DNA of 64,000 nt from Octopus vulgaris. Its lineage: Eukaryota. The stretch covers positions 20,832,001 to 20,896,000 of the forward strand of contig OX597829.1 in NCBI GenBank assembly GCA_951406725.2. Reading direction: 5' to 3'. The notes below the pieces were generated by a model. The model saw only the letters and a program-made list of their open reading frames with translations. It made no database searches and had not been told where the DNA came from. The translations under genes were made by a program, and so were the position numbers. Numbering within the stretch: the stretch's first letter is position 1; every line of letters starts with the position of its first letter. Below, piece by piece: positions 40,049 through 53,670 of this stretch.

Positions 40049-41344
40049 GTACAAAAGAAAGATAACTCTTTTTAAATAAATTAATAGTTAACGCCATACT
40101 AATATGGCAGTCTTATAAATATAAGACTAAAACTGTTGTTGATTAGCTCCAAGAGGCCACCGCCTCTAGCTAGCTATATGACACACAACCTGCATCCATT
40201 ACTTAGTAATTTTAATATTTCTATTATCTTTTTAAATAAAAATCTTTCTAATGCATTTTTTCTTGTTTTTTAAATGGCCATAATTTCTTTATATAGTAAT
40301 GTTTATTAGTACACTAAATTCCATTTTAACTCTATAGCCTCACTGATAGACATAAGTAATTAACTGGAGTAATTAAATGAAATTGCAGAATAGGAGAAAA
40401 AGATTGGTATTTAAATCAGTTGTGATTAGTAAGCTATTGTGGCTATCTTACAAATGCATGGATTACATAACAAAACAGAATAAAATGAATTTTCACCTAG
40501 GCCAGCATGGAACAAAGATGTTAAATGATGATAATAATGAAGATGACAATTGCATTATATGTATCCATAATTTATTCAGATTCCACCTATATTCTATTGG
40601 TCTATTTTGCTGAACTGCTAAGCTAAGAGGACATAAACACAGAGTGTAGGCTCGAAGTGTTAAAGACTTTTTCATTTCCCGAGCATTATACTCATACATC
40701 TGTTTGTTGTCTACACCATCTGTCTTAGTCTTTTGTTTTTTTATTTTGTGAATTCTCCCTATATATATATATATATATATATACGTATGAGGAGCTTCTT
40801 TCAGTTTCCATCTACCAAATCCACTCACAAGGCCTTGATTGGCCTGAGGCTATACAGAAGAAGACACTTGCTCAAGATGCTATGAAGCAAATTTTTTCAA
40901 AATTGATGATAAAAACAATTGCCAGAGAATCCAAAGCTATCAATTTTTTGTTTATAAATATATCTACAATGAAAATTCATTTATTGAAGAATTTCATTAG
41001 ATAATCTAGTTAGCAAAGTATGGTCAGACATCCTTCCTAAACCCAACCACTTTACAGAGTGTACCGGTGCCTTTTACATGTCACTGGCATGGGTGCCTTT
41101 TACAGGCCATCTGATGAGATAAAGTAAATAGGTATATACACTTTTTGTTTATAGTTGGCTTGCTACTTAAAACACTAACTTGAACTGCCACTAAAAGCAA
41201 GGATGTTATAATTACTTAATAACGATCGTCAATGAGCAGCATATCAATTAAGCAGATATGTGTGCAACAAAAAAGTATAAACAAGTAAAACTGCTATCAG
41301 GTTTGGTTATGACAGTTATAAATTCAAACATAAGGGTTGATTAA

Positions 41345-41600
41345 GAAGTAAGAAGATACGCAGAAGGTCACTTACAGCTGTTTCAAGAACAGATGCGCAG
41401 ATGGTGCATTTCCCTGCAAACAAAATGTAACTATCCATATAGTAGTAATCTATGCTATCATCGGAGGAAGAATGAGATATAACAGTGATCTGTTCTATTG
41501 TCTGATGATGGAATAGCTACCTGCTTTGCACAGATGCACCATCTGCACTTCAGTTCTTGAAACAGCTGTAACAGACTATCTGCACACCTTACTTCCTACT
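41345..41600. mobile_element. Inverted pair of Penelope pLTR fragments with hammerhead cores
   Basis: CTGATGA...GAAACAGCTGTA-ACA at 41502-41573; reverse-complement copy at 41371-41465. Confidence 0.6.
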
Positions 41601-41691
41601 TCCTTATGACCTGTATTCTTCAAACTACTCAATCTTCATGATTAAAGATATGTCATAATCTAACTTGATATCATTCATTTACCTGTTTATA

Positions 41692-41729
<38 letters not shown>

Positions 41730-41732
<3 letters not shown>

Positions 41733-42075
41733 GGTAAAGATCTCTTTCAGGCATGAATGACCATGAGATTGTACGTAGAAAGTTACCCTCCCTAGGTACA
41801 ACTCCAAAAACAAGGTTGTTTATGGAAGACCAGCTGTCACCCATGCACACCAGCCTCCACTCTCCATGACAACCAATATTATCCAAGGGGAAAGCAAAGG
41901 CAAATACAGCTTGGCACCAGTGATGTCACAACTCATTTCTACAGCTGAGTGAACTGGATTGAGGTGAAATAAAACATCATGCTCAAGAACACAACACACA
42001 GCCTGATATGGGAATTGAACTCATTATCTCATGATTTTGAGCCTGACATTCTAACCACTGAGCCATGCACCTTCA
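41730..42075 (-). mobile_element. tRNA-derived SINE (second head type; related head at 50845-51165 on + strand)
   Basis: GAAGGTGCATGGCTCAGTGGTTAG A-box and GAGTTCAATTCCC B-box on the minus strand. Confidence 0.7.
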
Positions 42076-42628
42076 CATATATGTGTGTGAGTGTGTATGG
42101 AGGTATGCTGAATCTACATTCACATAGTTGACACCAGTTCTTTGTCACACATCTCTCCATCACTCACTCTCTCTTGGGCACTTATTGTCATCTATTACTT
42201 ACCCTTACCACTGTCCACCTCTATTACTATTTATTATATTCTGCCTTCTCCCTCAAACACTGTTTCTACCATTACACTCCTCTTCTGTCCCCCACCCCCC
42301 ATTCATTCTTGTTATTCTATTATTACTCTCTCTCTTTCTCTCTCTCTCAGTCACTGTTGCGATCACATTGTCTTGAGTGGAATACACATCTTAGAGTGTA
42401 GTGGTCAGGATTCTATACTCACATAGTGTATAAAGTAACCTTCTTGTGCTAGTGTCATGATACAAGAAAAAATTAAACCAACTGACAAACAAGAAGAAAA
42501 CGCATAAAATAAAAAGGCCCTTTATGGCCCTCCTACCCATCTAGCAGGATGGTAACTCATGGTAAGAACGGACGTAGACTATAAGCCATCCACCCATATT
42601 ATTAGGAAAAGTGGCCATAAAATGATGC

Positions 42629-43018
42629 TCTTTTATTTGTTTCAGTCATTTGACTGCGGCCATGCTGGAGCACCGCCTTTAGTCGAGCAAATCGACTCCG
42701 GAACTTATTCTTTGTAAGCCCAGTACTTATTCTATCGGTCTCTTTTGCCGAACCGCTAAGCGACGGGGACATAAACACACCAGCATCAGTTGTCAAGCAA
42801 TGATAAGGGGACAAACACAGACACACACACACACATACATACATATACATATATACGATAGGCTTCTTTCAGTTTCCGTCTACCAAATCCACTCACAAGG
42901 CATTGGTCGGCCCGGGGCTATAGCAGAAGACACTTGCCCAAGATGCCACCCAGTGGGACTGAACCCGAAACCATGTGGTTGGTTAGCAAGCTACTTACCA
43001 CACAGCCACTCCTGCGCC
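42629..43018 (-). mobile_element. tRNA-derived SINE, well-preserved copy
   Basis: Reverse complement of the 24443-24840 family. Confidence 0.88.
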
Positions 43019-43074
43019 TATATGGTGAAGAAAATAAATAAGAGAAAATTCAAATTGTATTTATACTAACTCAC

Positions 43075-43197
43075 CCAGCTCTTAGAAACTGGTTTTACAT
43101 CAGCTAGCATAACTTCTTCAAAGTTACCATATTCTAGAAAAGTGACTACACAGGTTGGATGGTCAGGAGCAACATAATCAATAACAGCAGGATAAAA
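43075..43197 (-). CDS. TDRD3: TDRD3 coding exon, Tudor domain C-part (FYPAVIDYVAPDHPTCVVTFLEYGNFEEVMLADVKPVSKSW)
   Basis: FY.A.I...VV.F.EYGN.EEV Tudor motif with aromatic cage residues. acag acceptor and gtgagt donor; 123 nt. Confidence 0.94.
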
Positions 43198-43599
43198 CTG
43201 TGTAGAGATAAAGAAAAACAATACGTTAGACATTTGAAAATTGCTTTTAAAACATTTTTGATCATTAACCCTTTAGCATTCAATGGTGCGTTTGTATATT
43301 TTCAGAATGACATTGTAGGATAGGTGTGAGAGGTTAGATCTGGTCAGTTTGAACATAAAGCACGTAGAATATTTGGTCCAGATATGACCAGTTTAAATGC
43401 TAACAAGTTAAAATAGCTGTGAGATTAAAGTTCTGGATTACTAATCACCATGAACTTTACCTATTAAGAGGATGTAAAGTTAAATATAAACATGCCAAGC
43501 TACAAGGCAATCAACTTGCACACTATGATAGTAGTAGAACATGTAACTCTAAATCTGGAAATACTACTCAGCCCAACAATGATAATAGGTAAAATGGGA

Positions 43600-44350
43600 T
43601 ATGCAAGTGGAATATTATATAGTTTAACCTCCAGACCCTTTGGCCTTCAAAGAATACCCCATGTGCACAGGATTTTCTTCTGGATGTTGGAAAACCACTA
43701 TAAACCACTTTCCCCAAAAAGCAAGTACAAAAAATGTTTAATAGAAACATTGTAAAATTACCAAATTTAACACACCTAATCTAGCAGTATCAACAAGAAA
43801 AAATGAAATAATATTAAGGATAGCACAGGTGATTTTAATTATTCTGGTGGCAGATCTTTCTCCTCTGTTAATAACATATCTGTGTCCAGTATAAATAATA
43901 CTGATTCAGAGTCTCCACCTAATAATAATTTTAATGCCAATACAACTAATAATATTTCACTAGTTAATAAACGAAATTGTATGTGTAACTGGAGGTGCCC
44001 TTTAAGTAATGAGTGCCTCAAAGCAAATTCAGAATGCAAATGTTCTGTTCAAACATCTGATGTCATGGTGTCATGTAAATTAAAATCCAGATGGAATAAT
44101 CACAAACATTCTTTTTAATAATAAAAGAAAATGACATGACACTTTCTCTGATAAATTTATTTGGCCTTTCAAAATTAGCAACATTAATTACCCTATTATA
44201 TGATTGATTATCTGTACCACACTTCCTTATAAAGTGGGTGGAGTTTGTAATTTATGCTATATGAAGGCATTAGAAATCCTGAGTTGTGAGTCTGGTCTTA
44301 ATAAACAAAATGAATTATTGATCTCTTGTCTCCACAAATGCAATACAACA
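43600..44350 (+). mobile_element. Penelope-like GIY-YIG region relic
   Basis: CMC...CPLSNECL, RWNNHKHSF, CNLCY and LNKQNELL..C.H motifs across frames. Confidence 0.65.
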
Positions 44351-44787
44351 TTTTTTTAAAAATTCCTTTTAGCTAACTTATATAATATTTACAGCATCAT
44401 GTTAGCATTGAATTCTCTGTGTAACTTTAACTCTTTCTTGATTATTCTCCATAATGATTTGTGTTCCTGGTTCTGAATTCCTTTAGTATTAATTCATTAA
44501 GTCCTTCCATTTGTCCATCTATCTATCTTTTATTGCAATTATGATTTTTGGAATAGCAATCATCTTTAGAAATGAAACACCTTTCAATAATTACATCTAC
44601 ACTACATCTCCAATAAGTTGATCTCTGAACATCATTAGATGTCTTGTTCTTGAAAATATACACATAATACTTGACACAGTTCAAACTAAAAACCTTTATT
44701 TCTACACTCTTATTATCAATACAACTAACAAATATATATGACAGAGTAAACAACATGAGATTTTATTTGAATTGAACGAAAACTGAC

Positions 44788-44850
44788 CTTTTTATCTTCC
44801 CAGTATTTTGCTAAGCAATGATCTCCATTTCGCCAACTATGAATATTAAC
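44788..44850 (-). CDS. TDRD3: TDRD3 coding exon, Tudor domain N-part (VNIHSWRNGDHCLAKYWEDKK)
   Basis: W..GD.C.A.YWED Tudor signature. catag acceptor and gtcagt donor; 63 nt. Confidence 0.93.
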
Positions 44851-46044
44851 CTATGAAAAAGAAAAGTGTTTTTGTTAATAAGAAATTTTCATTTAAACAT
44901 TTACTAGTAAAACTAATTTATCAAGCACAACACTCCCTTCATAGGAAAATAAAACTATCCATGTAGTTCATTTAATTCTTTAAGCTTGGAAAATAACAAA
45001 TATATATGGAAAATATTTTAAGAAAAAATATTCTTACATAATTATGATGAAATGTTTCAGTATGTATATGAACTCTTTAAACCTAATAATGTTGTATCAC
45101 AGAAGGAGGGATGGTTCAGGGCAAGTTCATATCAAATGGGTTAATTAATTCTTTACACAGAATTCTTTAAGAAAATAGATTTAGACCCTAAAGTCATGAA
45201 TCCTTTTTAAAGCAATTGATTAGAACAAATAGATTCGTGGGTGTAAAGCATGTACCTTGTTTGCCTGTATGGTAAGTCAGACTTGCATGACTCCACAATT
45301 TGAATGGTGCTGATGATCCTAAAATGGACTTAGGATCTGACACTAGCCAGTCGGTCGAGTAGTCAGGGCCTAATGTAAGTGAGTGGGAGCTGGTGCACTA
45401 TAAAATTGTGGAGAAGAAAGCCTGAAATGCTGTACATTCTCTCCTGATGACCCTCTGAAACCTACTAGCATTTGGCACATGGGGTTTTCAACTAACTGCA
45501 CTTGTCAAATCAGACAAGCAAAAAATAATCTGTTTCTAAGCCTCTAAATATGATAGTTGAGTAGTTATCAGTAAAATTCAAACTCAGAACAAGTGAATTC
45601 ACTGACTCCTCTAATGTGAATTGCATTCTAAAGACCACTACCTTATTTCTTATTTGGATGCAAGCTGGATCCATTATCCCGTCAACAACACCCATCCATA
45701 TCTCTTTTGTTACTATACAGAGTAAAAGATTCAAACTACTAAAAATTTCAATGTGCCTTTTATTTTCACATCCACATATTACAGTGTTTCTATCATTTTT
45801 TCATCACCTATCAAAGTTGTTTTTGATATCTCTTCTAAGAAATATTTCTTGAGCGAGCATCTGCCAAATTCAAATGCTGATCTTTAACAGATTTATGTGG
45901 CTTTATAACATATACCATTGAGTAAGATACATTTGCACTAGAACAGCAAGTTACTAACTCATAACTAATACAAAAACAACAATTTATAATTCAAACATGG
46001 CAAACTACAAGACACTAGGAACAAAGTAGAATGTGAAAACTTAC

Positions 46045-47315
46045 CACATTTGGAGAAGGGTTGTTTTTTCTTTCATGCTTCAAATCTGAAGAATCAATAT
46101 CAACTTGTTTCTTATGGCAATTACTTCCTCCACTACTACCAATGCCACCACCTTTTGGACGGTTAGCTGTATTATATGAATAGTTATTTCGTCCATTGCT
46201 TCCATCATAACTGATGACATGTCTTGGATCAACATCAGTAATTTCGCTCATGTTCAGATTATCTAACATCTTTTGACCATGTGCAACAGGTGAAAACATT
46301 TGTTGCTGAAAGTCCCTGTTCATGATTTTATTAGGGTTTTCAGCCCCAAGAGATCCACTCACATTGTGGTGTTGAGGAGGATGTTGAGGTTGTTGATGAT
46401 GTTGGTGGACGTCCTTCTGGTTGTAGGGTGGATATCTAGCATTTACATCATTAGAATAGTGTGCTGACTGTGATGGATGCTGCTGCTGCTGTTGAGTTGG
46501 TCCTGAGCTTACATTGAAATATGGTGTGTGTTGTTGTGTATGACCTTGATTATGGCAGTAGCTTCTTGTTTGTCGGGGAGTGGGACCAGATACCATCCCT
46601 GCTTGCCTAAGGTCACTGTGATAACCTTGATGGAAAACAGCTCGGTTGTTAGTATTTCCTTGAACTGAGGCATGGTTATTATAGCGCTGCTGCTGATGAG
46701 GATGATTATAATGAGTTGATGGGTTATTATTATTATTATTCAGTACATGATTCTGATCTTGTCCTCCAGAACGGTTGCTACTACCAACCAGTGTACTACT
46801 GGTGTTCTCATACTTGTTATAACCACGTTGGTTATAATTATGATTAGTATTTGCTGAATTATTAGGCACCAAAGTATTGTTATAATTACCATGGCTTGAA
46901 TTACAGTTATATCTCTGCTGATAGTGATTGGAGTTGTTATAATCTTGACAATAAGCGGTGGCAGGGTACCCTGAATTTGACCCAGAATTAAAAGAGTGGA
47001 TGTTGCTATTGTTGCCGCTACTATTATCATTGTTATTAAATCCATGACCACCTGAATAACTATTAGCACTATAGTTATTACTAGTATAATTACTGCTATG
47101 TCCATGACTAGAATGGTTAGTATTACTGTTACTTTGTGCTGAATCAGAGTTGTTGGCTTTACCAGACAATCGAGGTGGAAGGTTGTTTCTACGGTTACCA
47201 GCACTCTTTCTATTATCTGAATTTTGGCGCCCATCATAATCTGATTTATTATTATTATCATAGACCACATCCTTTTTAGAATCAGAAACTTTACTTTCAG
47301 TGTGAGTCTTCGAAT
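46045..47315 (-). CDS. TDRD3: TDRD3 large low-complexity coding exon (N/S/Q/H/Y/G-rich; includes NNLPPRL)
   Basis: Within ORF 46015..47343. ttttag acceptor and gtaagt donor; 1271 nt keeps the frame between the flanking exons. Confidence 0.88.
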
Positions 47316-48049
47316 CTAAAATATAAAAAGTAATACATAACAATTAAACCATCTTAGAAAAATGCTGCATCATATGAAAAGAAATTAAGCACTCAAAATT
47401 ATTGACTAGTATTTTAGAAACTTTAAAAAAAGCTAAGGAACGTGGAAAAAGGACAGGCACACTGGTTCTGTCATATTTTGGAGTCTTTTATCCTTGGTGC
47501 ACTATGTAATTTGACTTCATTTTGCTGGTGCCACCAGCAAGGGTGCTTTTTACATGCTGATGCTGTGCAGAAAGCACCTGTGCTGGTACCATGTAGAAAG
47601 AACCTGTATTGCTCCTATGTGTAAAGCATCCATACTATTCCCACATAAAAAAGCACCCAGTACACTCTATAAAGTGGTTGGCATTAGGAAAGGCATCGAG
47701 CTATAGAAACCATGCCAAAACAGAAACTGATGCCTGGTGCAGCTCCAAGTTTTGCCAGCTCCTCTCAAACCATCCAACCCATGCCAGCATAGAAAATGGA
47801 CATTAACTGAAGAAGATGATGATATGCTAACATATTAGTGCAGTTTGTTTATGACTGACACTATATTTATGCCAGAAGATTTAAGGTTCAGTCAGCAAGA
47901 CTTTTTACTTGATAAGATTCGATGCCAAAGTCAAACAGGATTAAATTATTTTACTGTTACTAGTGTCTTTAGGATATTAAAATGTTGATCACACAGTGGG
48001 ACTGAACCCGGAACCATGTGGTTGGTAAGCAAGCTACTTACCACACAGC

Positions 48050-49320
48050 CAATTTCTTACAGACCTGCCATAGAGTGAATATCTGGTTGGTTGTACTGCA
48101 TCCAGGATGGAAGCCACACTGATTCTTAGCAAGTTTGACTTCTACAATTTACCTACATCTCTTATTCAAACACCTAGTGTAGACTTTCTGGAGAGACTCA
48201 ACAAGGAGATACCTCTATAATCAGATTTTGACCATATATAGCCATTTTAACAAAAGTAGACAAGGCAGAGAGAGAGGAAACAATGCACCTGTGGGCCAGA
48301 GGCTGGAATGTGTTTGAGAATGACTTTATACCAAATAGTTAGATCATACTTTTCTACATATGGAGTCTAAAACATCTGTATGTGCATCAATAACACTAAT
48401 TCAGCTGACCTGTGGACAACATCAATAATTGTTAAGGCTGAAGTATCTTCTGGCTCTGAAGAGAAGGACCAGTCGTTGGGATGTGGTCTCAGTTGTGTTA
48501 AATATATGCTCTTATCAGGAGATATCCTTGGAGATAGTGAAACCTAACAATCACAATGATTTTTAAAAACTCTGAGTACTACAATTGTGCTTTCATGAAT
48601 ATGAATAGCATTTCATACTGTTGAAAGAGACAAGATTGGTATACACCAATTGGAGGATGCTTTCAAGGTCTTTCTGCTCACGAAGTCAGTGTGAATTGGC
48701 ATGCTGTACCTAGGTTATGAATGGTTGATGAATGATTAGGAAATTTTAGAGAAGGTGGTGTCAGCTATGTAAGAATGTAGATAAGTAAACCATTGATCTA
48801 CAGGAAGAAAAGCAGAGAGCAAAACTGAACCCCTGGAAGACATCAGAGTTGATAAAATGAAGAACAGAAAGAGCTCAGCCAACACATATGGCGATAGTGT
48901 GATCTGATGAGAAGTAACTAATCTAAGACAAGAGTGGAGCCCATAGGTATAAAATTCTCTTGGGAGTTTTGTGTGGCAGACATTATCAAAAGCTTTTGAG
49001 GGTTACAACACTGATTTCACCAAATTTCTCTAAGGCAAGAACCCTTTTGTAGTTGATGAAGAGAGTAGGTCCCCATTGAATTTAGCATTATAGAAACTGC
49101 AATGGTAGTCAGTAAGTTAGAGAGAAAGATACAAGTTGTCAGAAGGTTTTGTTAATGGCCGTTTCCATTTCTTTAGAGATTTAACAGTGGCAATAGTTGG
49201 TAGGATAAAAGAGATTGTTTCCCTTAAGAAATGAGACATACACTGAGTTTTTAAAAATCAGGGTAGATCCCTGAAGAGAGAAGTAGGAATTTAAAAAATT
49301 GGACTTGTGTGTTTTGCTAT
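48050..49320 (-). mobile_element. Highly degenerate non-LTR retrotransposon RT relic
   Basis: Reverse-strand remnants SKAFDNV, INSDVFQG and SYIADTT. Confidence 0.6.
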
Positions 49321-49680
49321 CTGTTGTTTACAATCTAACAGATCAACATCCTATTGTTTCAGAATTGATAAAACTAGAAAATGAGAATTACAGAGACTTA
49401 TCAGCCTTACAAAGTTTGGGAAAAAGAATCAGATATGGCAGTGTCAAGATTAAGTAGCAAATAAAAATAAATTGGATTCATTCAATTTTTAATAACTTGC
49501 TTATTTGCAACATAAATAATCAAATGGTTTTTGAAATAAAGATGAACAAAAATAACAAAAAGAAGGGAGGAAAAAACCCCAGTTTTTCTATCAACAATAT
49601 GTAACAATAATGATGAAAAATTATTAATTGAAATTTTCATAATTTCTGATACAATAAGGACTGAAGTGAAATAAACTAAC

Positions 49681-49806
49681 CTTCTTTTATAGGTATCTTA
49701 GTTTCTAGATAATCAAACAATGTAGCCGGACCTGATGGCCGACTAGGAACATCTTCATTTCCATTTTCCTTGTCTTCTTTATTCTTTCGGCCTTTTTTCT
49801 CTCGGC
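49681..49806 (-). CDS. TDRD3: TDRD3 coding exon (GREKKGRK...SRPSGPATLFDYLETKIPIKE)
   Basis: Matches TDRD3 'RPSAPSTLFDFLESK'. ttttag acceptor and gttagt donor; 126 nt. Confidence 0.92.
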
Positions 49807-51199
49807 CTAAAAGGAAAGCAAATATACTCACAGAAGTTAGAAAATTGACTGTAATTAAAGCAGGCAATCTTATAATAATGATGATGATGATAATAAATGC
49901 CCTGATGCAGTACCAGACACTGGCTCTCATGGCTTCTGATCTTAACTGACTGGAAGTATTATCATGTACATTGTTTTGTCTTGGTATAAAAGATGGGTTA
50001 CAGCAAATATTCAACTCAAAACCACAGAGTTTGCTTGTCAGTTGCTTGACCGTAACCAGTTGAGCATGTCCCTTAGTGGCATGATGATATGTGCATCTCT
50101 GATCACAACCTGAAGTAGTGAGGGAACAGCATAGCCATATGTTGAGAGGAATTCTTTGGGGTTTGAATAATTCACCTCTGGAAACATGGGTGTTTTGTTC
50201 AACATCCTTAAACAAACCTTATTCAGGGACCTTTTGAACAAGGACTATTCAACCTGAAGAAAATTCTAACTGGGCCCCACCTGCAAGGTCATGTGCCATT
50301 TATCTTGATATGAGAACACCATGTCATGTACATATGGTTATGATGCATGTGCCTGATACCCTTATCAGACGGGTAGTCATGATGCATATACTGGGCTTTG
50401 TATATTTTACTCCAGTGTCACTTTGATATCATGCACTGCTTTCTCACTCAATAAAAAAAATAATAACAGTAATAATAATAGTTTCTCACACAGGCACAAA
50501 GCCATTTCATTTAAGGTAATAGAGATAAATGCCAGTATAATAATATTGAGGCATGTTTTATTGAACAAGCAAGATGAAAGACAAAACTTGACCATAGTAT
50601 GATTTGACCTTGGAGCATGGAGGAATATAAGTATCATCCTACAAATAATTATTAACAATTATTTTTTTAACTGAATAGTAGAAACATTACAACATTGGAT
50701 TAAATATCTTTCACTATTCATTTATCTCTTAAGGTTTAAGCTTAATCCCATTAAGATGGCTGAGCCATGCATTTTCTGTTGCATTAATAATAGTTCTTTG
50801 TAACATGACTTGTATAATTGTTATATGCAAATTATTATTAAGGTGAAGGTGCATGGCTTAGTGGTTAGGGTATTTGGCTCACAATTGTAAGATTGTGAGT
50901 TCGATTCTTGATGGCATTGTGTCCTTGGGCAAGATACTTTATGTTATGTTACCCCAGTCCACTCAGCTGGCAAAAATGAATAGTATTTGTATTTCAGAGG
51001 GCCAGCTTTATCATATTCTTTGTCATGCTGAATCTCCCTGGGAACTACATTAAGGGTATGTGTGTCTGTGGAGTGCTCAGCTACTTGCAAGTTAATTTCA
51101 TGAACAGGCTGTTCCATTTATTGGAGCAACTGGAACTCTCATCATTGTAATCAACAGAGTTTCAGGAATTATTAAAATTGATAAACCAAAGTCAATTGG

Positions 51200-52478
51200 A
51201 TCTTGGTTTCAAATTGCCAACATTATAATACCTTCATTTTTGTATCTCGTTTGCAAGATTCTTTTTGTAAATCTGAAGGATATTTGAAAAAAATCAAATG
51301 AAATATACAAGCATAACTATATGCATGATGGAGAATTGAATATTTTCATTTCTAATAATGAAAGTAATGATTCTGATGACTGCTCTGATAAAAAAAAAGT
51401 GCTAAGTCTCTACCAGAAAGGGAATAGAGTAAGGATTTTCAAATTTTAAATGTATTTTCGTTAACAAACCAGTGTGCAAAGTATAAGTAAAAGAAAAAAA
51501 AATGATAGTTTGTGGACTCCTACATACCAGAAAGAAATTTGGGCATTTCTGAAATAAATATTATGGGCATTAGGAAGTGTTGTCCAGGATTACAAATTAC
51601 TGGACCATTCAGTCAATGACCTATGTGTTTTTAGTATTATGACATAGATGTGCTTTCTGAAATTATCTTAATGCTTGCACATATGAGACACTAGGAGTAC
51701 AACAATAAGTAGGGAAAAAAATGATGATTACTTATTTAAAACTAGCTCTCTTCTTCGGTGTTCAAAGCACTTATAAAAGATATTACACAAACCAGAATGA
51801 CAGCTATCAACTGATGAAGATATGGTGTGATATAAAGGTCAAGTTTCTAACAGTATATGCCAGGTAAACCTGCAAAATAGGGCATCAAAGTTTGGAAACT
51901 ATGCGAAGCAAATATGCCAGATACTGCTGTGGGTTTAATTTTTATACAAGAAAACAAAACAATAATGCAAGCCAGCATAGTCTAGAGCAGTGCTTTTCAA
52001 ACTTTTTGCTGGAACGGAACCCCAAGGAAACATTCCACTGGCTCAGGGAACCCCTGTGCAATAATTTAATAGTCTTATGCACACATATCTGCATAGGAAA
52101 ATTTAAAATTTTAGTAACTTCTTGCGGAACCGTTGGACTGTACTGGCAGAACCCCTGGACTGTACTGGCGGAACCCTGGTTGAAAACCACTGGTCTAGAG
52201 TACAATGTGATTAGGAAATTAGTACTTCCATACCATAACAAGGATCACAACCAACTTTTTTTTGACAGGTTTATCAGTTTAACCAAACATATGGCAGATT
52301 TAAAAGCAGCAACAACAATGTAACTTACAAGAGGTGAAATAATTGAATGGCAGAAAAATTTACTAATGATTACATATAAAGACTGTACTCGATCACAGGT
52401 GAATGGAAAAGGCACATAATTGCAAACTGCGATTACAACAATTTCAAATTCATCGATAAGTAGATAGGTAGGTATATC

Positions 52479-52518
<40 letters not shown>

Positions 52519-53373
52519 TGTAATATGATTTTAAAGTACTTTTTCAAATTAACTGCGTTCTATCTATTTATTCTAATTACCTGTAAATTTTAAATTACTA
52601 GTAAGATCAATGACAGCTTTTAATTTATTTTTGTGACTCATTGTATTTGTGTCTGTTTATTTCATTTTATTATGTATGTGTATAGGAATACACTTTTTGA
52701 TTGTTATGTATATGTGAATTTATTTCATTTTGTACTATCCTTTAATCATAAACTCCAGCATCTTTTCGTTCAATTTTACATTTATGTTACACTTGTTTTA
52801 AGTGCATTTATTAAAAATACGCTAATTCACACAATTCTTCTATGTTACTATTTTGTTGTATTTCCAGAATATTTGTTAACTCATTTTCTATGAAAATACT
52901 TAAATAAAATTTTAATAATTTTAACCCTTTTGTTACTAACCCGGCCAAAATTGGCTCTGGCTCTGTGGTAAAATGTCTTGTTTTCATAAGTTTTGAATTA
53001 GAATATTCCACCAAGACTTAGTCACAATTTATGTTCCTAACACTAGCTTAATGATAACTAAGTTATTTTACTAAATTCTTTCTTATATAACAAAATATAT
53101 AAAATAATTGAAAGAAACACAGCATCTCAAAATAAATACAGTAACGAAAGGGTTAAATTTTTATTAAATTTACCTGTAATCACCTGTAAATAGACACAAA
53201 ATTATGTAACAAATTTAAAAATCTTCTTTTAAGCTAGTGTTTCAAAAACCACAATGTGTCAATAAATAAGTAAAAAAAAGTTGAAGTTTCTTTAACAAAC
53301 AAATTTAAATTCTTACTTATTTTAGAATTTAATTGAAACACATTGCAGAGTTAGAAATGTATTAACAAAAGGG
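51200..53373 (+). mobile_element. piggyBac transposon relic with nested MITEs
   Basis: Transposase remnants (STDEDMV.YKG, YMPGKPAK.GIKVWKLC); right end AAAAGGG|TTAA. Confidence 0.75.
51988..52192. mobile_element. hAT (Buster/Charlie-type) MITE with perfect 8-bp TSD GTCTAGAG
   Basis: CAGTGCTTTTCAA...TTGAAAACCACTG ends; TSD at 51980-51987 and 52193-52200. Confidence 0.92.
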
Positions 53374-53438
53374 TTAATCCACTCCAAGACTTCACATAAC
53401 TGCAAAAATATTTTTAAAAATTATATAATTTTATGTAC

Positions 53439-53670
53439 CATGGAACTTTTCTGGTTTTTCGCCACCCAGTTTTGCAGTGTTCTTTAATTGGCCTCCTGTA
53501 GAATTAGATAAATTCCCTCCTCTGCCATCTCTTCCACCGGGTCCAGATTTGCCAAGTAAAAAAACAATAGCTTGGTTCACATTGCCATTGTTTTGGCGTA
53601 AAGCTTGACAAGCTTGTTCTGTAACAAAGCCCATCTCAACCAAGCGTGCCACATCTTTATCATTAAGAGC
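53439..53670 (-). CDS. TDRD3: TDRD3 coding exon, UBA domain (DVARLVEMGFVTEQACQALRQNNGNVNQAIVFLL)
   Basis: UBA signature MGF...AL..N.GN...A...LL. tttcag acceptor and gtacat donor; 232 nt. Confidence 0.93.

Noticed and set aside
46740-47270. Overlapping 176-aa I/T/V-rich ORF
   Set aside because: Alternate-frame shadow of the AAT/AAC-rich TDRD3 exon.
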